Source: Balanoglossus misakiensis (Eukaryota > Animalia > Hemichordata). From it: a DNA stretch of 64,000 nt. The DNA is taken from positions 3,578,831 through 3,642,830 of the forward strand of contig CM082578.2 of the NCBI GenBank assembly GCA_040954595.2. The letters are read 5' to 3'. Position 1 is the stretch's first letter, and each line of letters starts with the position of its first letter. A program made the translations under genes and the position numbers. This document shows positions 38,374 to 49,159 of the stretch, in pieces. Below the pieces are notes generated by a model, which saw only the letters and a program-made list of their open reading frames with translations, searched no databases and was not told the origin of the DNA.

Positions 38374-40277
38374 ATGGTGAGTAAACTTTAAAACTGGTGC
38401 ACTACTGAATCTTTAGTGCAGTGTGTACACAATTTGTGATAATTTTCGTCTTGATATTTTTGACTCAGTTGGCAAAATGCTACTATAATAGCGAATACGA
38501 CTAAAGGGACAACAATTTCAGATCATGACTAGGCTTATATGAAATTCAGAGAGTCGTGATTTCAACACAGAGGTATATTCTTGTAATAAACAACAAGGCA
38601 GTCAAGATGATTTTGTGAAACCTACAGAACAATGAAAATAATGCAAGTATTATAAAAAGGGGGAAAGACGATGTAAATTCATGATGTCAATACATCTGTT
38701 TTTCTATCTCAAACATTTCAGCGATTCGCCGCCGCAACAATATTTGTGTTGATATCGTTTCATGCGTGTGGATCTATGGTGAATGCAGAGAATGGATTTC
38801 ATGCGAGTGGGGCCGTGGTGAATGAAGAGAATGGGGAGCTAAGTCGCGAATGTCACGGTGAAAGGTGCGATGTTGATGTGAACGCAGATGACGGATTGTC
38901 TTACGGGTACTGCGAGTTGAAACAAGAGTGTCCTTCAGAGCTGGTTGCCAAAATCAATGACGTCAAAGCTGGTCTTGTACAGGAAAGAAGTCGAAGCTCT
39001 GTTGTATACGCTATGGATTACAAGAACGATACGCATTATACATTTTTTATAATATCAGGCAAGCGCCTTTCCGATGATATTGACCTGGTGCGTATAATCA
39101 TTCTTTCATGTTTAAAGCCCCTATAGCTGCCAAATTTCAAAATATATTTTCCATAGTAAAATACTTTAAATATATTCCCTATCCTCTTGTTTGCCACGTT
39201 GTTTGCATTTGCATCAGTTTGTCATCTCTTGGCGACGCATACGACTATAGGTGCGTACTGTTTGTATGGAGGCTGATTAAAACGGCGCGGCACTGTTTTA
39301 ATACACAGTGTTTTCAACTTGCAACATACAGCCAAAATCGGGCATCGATAACGTGTTCATATATATACCTATCAGTAAACTTATTTAGACGGACCAATTT
39401 AAATTGTACAAGTAAATAATTAAAATAATGCGAAAAGTGGCAGCTATATGTGTAGAAGTGCATATCCCCTGTTGACAGTGTCTGAAAATAGTGTGGGATT
39501 AGCGGATAATCTAAACTTGATCTGCATGCAGACATGAGCCTTTGCATGTCGCTGTTTCTGTATAGCTTTAAAAATCCTCCAGGGTTCATATCTGAACATT
39601 GAACACAACAACACTGGTAACTAATCTGTCTGAATTATCAAACGTACTTTTCTTCGAGTTTTTAGTTTCAGGTACTTGTCTATAATGTATTTTCCGTTCT
39701 ATCAAATACAGGGCCCTGGTGACGGGAAAGAGTCGATTTCTAATTGTGGGCACTGTAATGTGACGTTGTATGAAAACGGAGTTACCCTTTTTCATTGTAA
39801 GGTTTGTATATTGTGAACCATGACAACTTATTTTGATATCAATATTGGCCAAATGCACACACACACAAAATATGTTGCCTGAAGCAAGGCGAGAAAAGGC
39901 TCTCCACGTTGTCATAGCCTTAACATTAAGAAATGAAAAAAAAAAACGACAACTATACAGCAAACAGGTTGGTGGACGATTTAAACTGACGTTTTATTTC
40001 ATGAGTCCTGGAAACATGGGGCGTTAATGAAAATTTCCTTTTATTAATAACTGTTGCTGTTATTGATCTTCTACAATATAGACTAACAATCAATTAATAA
40101 TTTCTTCCTGATTTAAATTTTACGTTTCAGGTATCAGAATGTCACGACGCATACTCGGGTCCCTTTTCCTGGGTGCCGTTCAAACCAGTCACTTCTTCCC
40201 TCCCTGACGGTTTTTGCGAGGAGGTCAACCCTCATTTTAGTGAAGTGTTGTATTATTGCGATTTCTATTTGTCCTGA
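38374..40277 (+). CDS. Secreted Cys-rich family copy D (exons 38374-38376, 38722-39087, 39712-39801, 40131-40277); canonical exon-2 acceptor mutated
   Basis: The family acceptor ctcAG reads ctcAA (38711-38712), but an in-frame tttcAG lies 9 nt downstream. The remaining exons are open. Confidence 0.75.
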
Positions 40278-40690
40278 TTTTGGCGAATTATCTTGATGAA
40301 ATGGATTTGTCTTTAAACTGCATGGTGCCGTGGGAATGTTTTACAAGCTTATATATGCCAATAAAAGATGAATAAGAAAAGTAATTGTCTTGTGTTAACA
40401 ATGGTGTATCTTTCATTGTCTTTACGCCGTCTACATTCGTGCCGGCCAAGAGAAATGTTGCCTCAGTTCTAATTGTCTTTGCGCACATGGCGGCTTTCTG
40501 ACAATCGTACAGAATTCAAAAATTATGCGTAGCCAACTTTTATGTCCACAACAGACATCACTTTACAATAGCCAATAAGTGGTCTAAACCTCGTGTAACA
40601 GCATGCTTCTCTAAATTTTTCACCAACTGTTTAATCTAGTCTGTCTACAAGCAAGTTGAATTTGGTACCCTTACAGTTGGCTATTATTAA

Positions 40691-41032
40691 AGGGACAAAG
40701 TCTCTCTCTCGCTGCCCTTCTTCCATTAATTATGTTTGATACAAGACACCGTTTATGCTAATGTACATGTGTAGATGTAGTGAATGAACACCACACACAC
40801 CTCCCATCCCGCTTGTATGATATGAGAGTAAAAATTCGCCCAAAATGAATAAATGGTACAGAACGATTATTCATTTTGGCAATTTTTTTCACTCTCGTGT
40901 CTACAAGTGGGATGGAAGTTGTGTGAGGATGAACGTTGATTCATTATATATCTACATGTACATTAACATAATGGTGTCTTGTATCAAACGTAATTAGTGG
41001 AAAAAGGGCAGCGAGAGAGAGACTTTGTCCCT
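40691..41032. mobile_element. Palindromic TTAA-flanked (Kolobok-type) MITE
   Basis: TTAA|agggacaaagtctctctctcgctgccc ... gggcagcgagagagagactttgtccct|TTAA; long fold-back arms. Confidence 0.88.
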
Positions 41033-41812
41033 TTAAAGTCCCATTAGCTGTAACTTTACGCTATGTTTTCAGTATTTTTGTTTTCTGTATCTATGCAGTT
41101 TTTTGTTCAAATCCTTGAAGTATGAAGAAATGCCCAGCATACAGCATATCATACCATACAGCTAATGTCCCATCTTTAAATAAGTCAATCGGCACAGACA
41201 ATTTTCGTACCAAACAAAGAAAATTGGCGAAAAGAGAGCGACTTTGTTCCATTATCATGAGAAAGTGAATCTATTGCAGAAATATTCGATGCTGTATCTT
41301 CATTACAATCTATTAATACAAACGCAAACAATGTACTAAAGATGTAACAAAAATACCCAGCCATTGTATATTTAATTTTAGTACCCGTAACAGCATTTCG
41401 TGTAAAATTCATTTATAGAATGCAAAACAATCATGATGTACATACTAATGCCGGGCATGAGCATATAGAGTTGTAGGAATGGAGAAATGTGAGCGAAGTT
41501 TGTAAGAATTTTCCGCGCCACACGTAATTGTCCAAGAATCTAGAGCCCCACTATGTTCAGCCGCCAGTGCTGTTAGTTTTCGTGTTTGAACGACAACCGC
41601 TGACACAAAAGACACGAAATGTATTCAAGTTGCACGTATTCCAATATGGCGCCGCCACATTAAATTTTTTACAGACAGAAATAAAAATAAATGACAAAAA
41701 TAACTTGGTGCTTACGGATACAATTTGTATACTGTTTACCAGTATCGAGTGACGTGTCAAAAACTTTAAAACCTTGCTGTCGATGCTTGCATTCGTACGT
41801 AACATGCACACA

Positions 41813-43376
41813 ATGGTAAGTTCATACAAGACTTATAGAATGATGGTAAGTGTTCTGTCAAGCTTGGCCAGATGACAGGGCATCGTGTTTGATTTCCTGA
41901 CCATTGTCGTTTACTTTTTGACACAAATGGCATTAGGCAAGAAGTCACTAGTCATACAGCGAATACGACCAAAAGGACAACCATTTCTATTCGTGACTGA
42001 GTAGAAAATGTTAAAAAAAATGTTTGTTTTTTCATTACACAGTGAAGTACCTTTGTGGTCTTCTTTGTTTAATTTAAACAGACCCATTTTTCTAGTATAT
42101 TGTAAAAACACAATAGCACAAATGATGCAACAATTTTAATAAGAAAAGGACGATATCAACTCATAATTTCATGTTCATCTGTTTTCCTTGTTCTATCTCA
42201 GACATTTCAACGATTTGCTGCCGCAACAATAGTTGTGTTGATATCGTTTCATGCGAGTGGATCTATGGTGAATGCAGAGAATGGATTTCATGCGAGTGGG
42301 GCCGTGGTGAAGGGAGAGGATGGGGAGAAGAGTTTAAAATGCAAGGTTGATGTGATCGCAGAAGACGGATTGAATTACGTAGACTGTAATATCACAGAGG
42401 AGTATCCTTCAGAGCTGCTCGCCAAGGTCAATGACGTCAGGGCTGGTCTTGTCAAGGAACGAAGTCGAAATTCGAATATTTGCGCTACGGGTTTTAAGAC
42501 TGATACTAGGTTTTCAACTGTTATAATATCCGACAATCACCCTTCTGATAATATCGACCTGGTGAGTAATCTTACTATCCTTTCTGTCTCCGCTTAGGGA
42601 CTAAAACAGCTGTCTGCCGAAGTGTATTAGAAATCCCGTAATAACTGTCTGAAAATATAGTTGATGAGCGGCTAATTCGTACACGTCACGCAGACTTACG
42701 ACTTTTCTTGTCGCTGTTTTTGTTTAGTAGAATTGAAGTCTATCATGAGATCCCATCTAAGGTTCATCTCTCAACACCACAACAAAACAATTCAACAATT
42801 AAAAGTAACTAATCTGTCAGTATGACCAAGTAATGTTTTCATATAATACACGATTATATAGAAAGGCTTCAAAACTGTGATAAATGTCAGGTACTTGTCT
42901 AACGCATTTTCCATTCTATTAAATACAGGGCCCTGGTGACGGAATCAAGTTGATTTCCAGTTGTGAACACTGTGATTTGACACTGTATGCCAATGGAATT
43001 ACTGCTTATCATTGCAAGGTGTGTATATTGTGAACCATTATTATAATGCGCTTTTGGTTTGATGACAATACATAATACAACATCATAATGCATGTTGCCT
43101 GACAATCAGGACAGGATAGAAATCATTATTCTAGCTTTTCAGTGTTGTTTTTGTAGACTAAAACAAACAGAATTGAAAAAAAGCATGCACAGGCCGGTGG
43201 AAAATTAACCCTTTCCCATCCCTTTTCAGGAAACGGAATGTGACGACGCATTCTCGGGTCCCTTTTCCTGGGTTCCGGTCAAACCAGTTTCTTTTTCCAT
43301 CCCCGACGGCGCTTGTCTGTATTCCATCCCTCGGTTTGGAGAGCAGTTCTTTTTCTGCGATTTCTATCTTCCCTAA
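41813..43376 (+). CDS. Secreted Cys-rich family copy E (exons 41813-41815, 42202-42561, 42929-43018, 43230-43376; 199 aa)
   Basis: Intact GT-AG phase-0 structure; GPFSWVPVKPV...FFCDFYLP*. Confidence 0.87.
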
Positions 43377-43577
43377 TTTTGGTGAATTATCTTAAGGACA
43401 TGGATTTTTCTGTAACGTTCGTGAAATACTCATAGTCAAACTGTATTGAGTTTGAGAGGAATGTATTAAATAATGTCTATAAAGGAATTGTAGTAGTCTC
43501 GTTTTTTTTTAATTGGTACTGGCCGGTGTTGAATGGTGCTCTGGCAGACATAGGCCTACAGCGGATGTAGAACCCGC

Positions 43578-43972
43578 ATTATATTACCATGGCCTGTGCG
43601 TCGCATTTTAATTGATCGAGATGAACGACGTCACTGACCACAAATACGCAGTAATGGTTTGTTTACATGCCATAAAATCTGAATATTAGCAAACAGTTCA
43701 GTGAATACAACATTTTGCGTAACACAAGTTCCGGGGCCCCTAGTCTTTTGCGTGGGACATTTTCGTAATTTTTGACGGTTTTTCTTGAGTTCGTTGGTAA
43801 TATCATGGAAATAATCGACTCCCCCCCCCCCCTGACCATTAACGTTTGTTTATTGGCGAGGGCTTGAGGAAAGCCAAAATTCATGGGCTCGGAAGCCTCG
43901 CCCATGATTTTTTGGCTTTCGCCTCGCCCTTGCCCATAAACAAACGTTAATGGTCAGGGCGTCTTCCATTAT
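43578..43972. mobile_element. Hairpin-ended non-autonomous element, inverted copy of 12368-12753
   Basis: High reverse-complement identity throughout. Confidence 0.85.
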
Positions 43973-44140
43973 AATAGTCAGATTCGCTGGATCTCTCAAA
44001 CTGAGATGGTGAATTACCGTACAGTAGCCCGCCAGGTGTGTACGACACTGAGATCTTCAGATGGTGTATCTTCATGCTGCCTACATTCGTCCTGTCCACA
44101 ACAAATGTTGTCACAGTTGTAATTATGTTTTATTTCTTTT

Positions 44141-44259
44141 CCTTGGTTCCCATCAAACCAGTTACTTCTTCCTTGTCTGGCGGCGTTTGTCTGCAGGATG
44201 CCATCTCTCACTTTGGTGAAGTGATCTCTTACTGCAATTTCTATCTTTCCTACTTTTAG
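44141..44259 (+). pseudogene. Orphan partial exon 4 of the Cys-rich family
   Basis: VPIKPVTSSLSGGVCLQDAISHFGEVISYCNFYLSYF*, followed by the family 3' UTR and preceded by family 3'-flank sequence. Confidence 0.8.
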
Positions 44260-45132
44260 TCAGTTTTCTCGATGGCATGGATTTTTCAGTTAAGTTCATG
44301 GAATAATCAAACTGTACTGAGTTTCATGGGAAAATTATTCCAATAAAAGAAGAAAGGAAGCCTAGTTGTCTCGTGTCAACAAGTGTATACTCTAATTCAC
44401 CACGTGTTATTTTCGAACCGGAGAACTATTAGAACAACACATTTTCCTAAATAAGACACGCTCATATATTTTTGGACACACTCCCTTAATTCTGTCTGTG
44501 TCATGCATGGCAAAGGAAAACGAATGGCAGTATTTCTTATGTACATGTCATGTGGCTACCTGCCCACCACTACAGGTTATATGCCAGAAACATGAGAGAA
44601 TGACGCATTTTCCTTGTTTTGTTACGTTTTTTACCATATCTGAGCCAGCTAAGAGAAAATTAGCATAGCCCAAAATAGACGAGCGACAAGAACTCCAGTA
44701 AAACTCATGTAAAAATATCCCAACTGGACATTCGTAAACATTACATTTCATATTGTAAGCCAGCCAGCTTTGGACGGATCTGTGTGTAAGAAAGGGCCAG
44801 AGAGATTGTAGCATTTTCCTCACTACACGTAATTGTTCAGACGACTTCGGAGTCCAGGAGCAGGGCCCTAAATTTACATATCCAGCCGCCTGAGCTTTCG
44901 GTTTCCATGTTCACAGTACAGTCACTGACACAAGACCGCGAATGTTTTCTATTTGCACATATTCCAATATGGCGCTACCGCATTTATTATTTTACAGACA
45001 GGAATCTACATATTCTTAACAGGACAGAGTTTGAATATACACATGTATATAAAGTGGCGAGTCAAGAAGTTTCAACATAGCTGAGGTGAACCTTGCTGTC
45101 GATGTTTGCATTCCGTATGTAACATGCACACA

Positions 45133-46326
45133 ATGGTAAGTTGAATATAGTATTTGCACTTATGCAAAAATTAATTTAAAGTTCGGGCATGCTGGGATGG
45201 AACAGACCATCCTGTTTGATGTCCTGATTTATGTCGTCTTGCTACAAGATTCATGATTTTGTGAAAAATGCACTCGTTTTAATAAGGTTAAGACGGCATA
45301 TACTCATTGTCAGTACATCTGTTTTATTTTTTCCATCTCAGACATTTCACCGAATTGCCGCCTCAACAATAGTTGTTTTGATATCGGTCCATGCGAGTTG
45401 ATCTATGGTTTATGCAGAGAATGGCAAGATAACTCGAGATTGTCACATTATTCACTTCTTACAATATCAGACAAGCGCCTTTCCGATGATATTGATCTGG
45501 TGCGTAAAGTATTATAAATTCATTCTTTCATATTTTTACGCATTGCATTTCTTTTCTCGGCCTTAGGCCTAACTGACAAAAGCTATCTGCAGATGTGTAA
45601 ATCACCTGTTAGGTGATTAGCGGATAATCTTGACTTAATCCGTGACTTTGGTCTTTGCTTCTGTGTGACTTATGTAGAAGCGAGTTTATCGTAAGAACCC
45701 CACAAACGCATATCTTAACACCACAAAAAATATGTCTTGTATTAAAAATAAACCAATCTGTCAGAATTATCAAGTAATCTTTTTATACAAACCAGGTACT
45801 TGACTGTCTAACGTATTCCCATTCTATTAATTACAGGGCCCTGATGACGGAAGCAAGTTGATTTCCAGATGTGGGAAATGCGATGTGATACTGTATGCCA
45901 ACGGAATTACCGCTTATCATTGCAAGGTTTGTGTGCATGCTGTGAACCATTGTTATAATCCACTTTGTCTTTGAAATCAATATAATAAAAAAATGGACGA
46001 TATCAATTACATTTGTCTACTAGTTCCTGCACCTGGAAGCATGGGCTGATAATTGAGGATTTCTATTTTATAACTAATGTGGATCGCCTATAGTGTAGAA
46101 TCACAAACAATTCATCTGTTCTTGAGATTAAACCTGATTTAACCTTTTCCTTATTAATGATATTATATTCCTTTTTCAGGAATCGGAATGTGACGAGGCA
46201 TTCTCGAGTCCCTTTTCCTGGGTTCCGGTCAAACCAGTTTTTTTTTCCATCCCCGACGGCGCTTGTCTGTATTCCATCCCTCACTTTGGTGAGGGGTTCT
46301 TTTACTGTGATTTCTATGCTCCCTGA
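45133..46326 (+). pseudogene. Secreted Cys-rich family copy F (exon 2 has a nonsense codon and a large internal deletion)
   Basis: ATG at 45133. Exon 2 (45342-45499) has TGA at 45399-45401 and has lost its core. Exons 45837-45926 and 46180-46326 are open. Confidence 0.85.
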
Positions 46327-47131
46327 TTTATGATATAGATTTGTCTTTAAAGTTCAACGGAATAGTCAAACTGTAATGCATTTCATCGAAATATGTCAGG
46401 AATTTACGCCAATAAAAGAATACAGTAGCTGTCTGATGTAAACGAGTGTGTACTTTTTCATCACGTGGTTATTTGAACCGGAGCTATCAGAATAAAACCC
46501 TTTGCTAAATTTATGAAGCGACTAGATCACCTGGAAAACATTGTCACTGTTATAATTGCATTTTCCTTAATGGAGAAACGTCAGAGCATTGAGAGATGCA
46601 TAGTTATCTTTCTATTAAAATGAAACAATTTGAAATTTCTGAACGTGAGGAACTGTCTATGCTACAGCATATTCAAGTGTTGTATCTTCATTTCAATGCA
46701 TTTTACAAAGGTAAAAAGGTGTAACAAAAATAGCCAGCCATCTTATTTCAGTATGCATACCAGCAATTTGTGAACATTATTTTGTATATACCATTCCTTT
46801 ATCGGAATGCAAAACATTCATGATGTACATACTAATGTTGGGAATGGCAATATACAGTTATAGGGATGAGTAATTTAATGCACACTTTTAGAAAGTTCAC
46901 GGAAAATAACAGTCACTGATACAACGCAAAAAATGTTTGTGCTTGAGCATATTCCAATATGGGGCCACATGTTTAATGTTTTGCAGACAGGAAAATAAAT
47001 ATAAATAAATTTACTTCAAAAATAGTTCGGTCCTCATAAATTCAATCTGCATTTATCATAAAGTAACGGATCAAGAAGTTTCAACATAGTTGAGGTGAAA
47101 CTTGCTGTCGATGTTTGAATTCGTAAGTAAT

Positions 47132-48647
47132 ATGCGCACAAAGGTAAGTTTGTTAGAAATTGCACTTATAATGTGTACATAAAACGTTACATAGTCTTCA
47201 ATCAGGCTTTGCCAGAACAGGCCATCATGTTTGATATTCTGATAATCGTCGTCTTGCTACACGATTCATGATTTTGTGAAAAATGCACTCATTTTAATAA
47301 GGTTAAGACGGCATATACTCATTATGCCAGTACATCTATTTTTCTATCTCAGACATTTCAACGATTTGCCGTTACAACAATAGTTGTGTTGATATCGTTT
47401 CATGCCAGTGGATCCATGGTGAATGCAGAGAATGGATTTCATGCGAGTGGGGCCGTGGTGAATGAAGAGAATGGGGAGAACATTCGAGATTTTCACGGTG
47501 AAAAATGCAATGTTGATGTGAACGCAGATGACGAATTGAGTTACCTGGACTGTGAATTAACAGAGGAGAGCCCTGCAGACCTGTTCGCCAAAGTCAATGA
47601 CGTCAGGGCTGGTCTTGTCCAGGAAAGAACTCGAAGTTCAACTTCGTACGCTGCGAATTTTAAGAGCGATACTCATTATTCATCAGTTGTCGGAATATTA
47701 GACAAGTACCTTTCCGATGATATCGATCGGGTGAGTAAAATCTTAGTAGACTCAGTCATTCTTTCATGCTGATTACGAATCAAACTTCTTTGTAGGCCCT
47801 AGTAATACTGTGTGATTAGCGGATAATCTGGTCTAAATCCACGCAGGCCTTTGCTTGTCGCTGTTTCTGTATGATTCATGTAGAAGCGAGATCGATCATA
47901 ACAATCACCAAGGTTCATATCTCAAAACTGCAACATAATATTTCTATTAATGGTAACTTATCTGTCAGAATTATTAAGTCAGTTACGTTTTTATACGCTC
48001 AATTTTGATAACGATCAGGTACTTGAATGTCTAACGTACTTTCCATTCTATTAATTACAGGGCCCTGGTGACGGAAGCAAGTTGATTTCCAGATGTGGGA
48101 AATGCAATATGATACTGTATGCCAACAGAATTACCGCTTATCATTGCAAGGTATGTATATTGTGAACCATTATTATAATACGTCCTGACAAATGCATGTT
48201 GCCTGAAAACAATGAACGGATAGAAATTCTAGCTTCATAAATGTGTCGCAGTATAAATTTGTGAAATATGCGACGTCACAATGCTCGTTGGGATACCCTC
48301 TCCAGACAATTTGTATAAGGAAAAGGCCGGTGGAATAACTCCCGTAAATCAAAGATGTATAGTCCTGGAAAAATGGGCGATAATGGAAAGCTACTATTAT
48401 AAAACTGTTGTGCATACTGATGAATTCGTGTGTTCTTAAGATCTAAGCTGATCTAACCTTTTTCTAACGTCATTACATACATTTATATGTCACATTTCAG
48501 GCATCGGAATGTGGCGACGCATTCTCGGGTCTCTTTTCCTGGGTTCCGATCAAACCAGTTAATGCCTCCTTCTCTGGTGGCACTTGTCTGTATACCATCC
48601 CTCGCTTTGGTGAGGAGTTCTTTTACTGCGATTTTTATGTTGCCTGA
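47132..48647 (+). CDS. Secreted Cys-rich family copy G (exons 47132-47143, 47353-47730, 48061-48150, 48501-48647; ~208 aa)
   Basis: The family ATG reads AAG, but ATG CGC ACA AAG|gt supplies an in-frame start. The other exons are intact. Confidence 0.78.
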
Positions 48648-48822
48648 TTGATGAAATAGGTTTGTCTTTAAAGTTCATGGAATAATCAAACTGTGCTGAG
48701 TTTCATAGGAATGTATAATCTAGAACATTGTGTCAATAAAGGAAGACAAGTTCATGTCTCTTGTCAACACTTACGTCTTGTTTTCAGCAATAAAGCTGAT
48801 TTAAAAGTTTGTTAAATATTAA

Positions 48823-49153
48823 AGGGACAAAGTCTCTCTCTCGTTTCCTTTTTTCATTAATTATGTTTGACACAAGACACCGTTTATGTTATTCTCCATG
48901 TGGACATATAGTGAATTAACGTTCGACCACACACAACTTCCAGCCCACTTGTAGGATATGAGAGTAAATATCTCGCCAAAATGAATAAATGGTAAACACC
49001 GATTATTTTTACTCTCGTATTTACAAGTGGGATGGAAGTTGTGTGTGGTTGAATGTTTATTCACTATATATACACATGTACATTAACATAAACAGTATAT
49101 TGTATTAAACATAATTCATGGCAAAAGGGCAGCGAGAGAGAGACTTTGTCCCT
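48823..49153. mobile_element. Second copy of the palindromic TTAA-flanked MITE
   Basis: TTAA|agggacaaagtctctctctcg ... cgagagagagactttgtccct|TTAA; homologous to 40691-41032. Confidence 0.88.
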
Positions 49154-49159
49154 TTAAAT

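Noticed and set aside
29428-46284. Repeated antisense ORFs such as WFERNPGKGTRE and DGIQTSA
   Set aside because: Reverse-strand or alternative-frame shadows of exon 4 of the Cys-rich family; the splice signals support the other reading.
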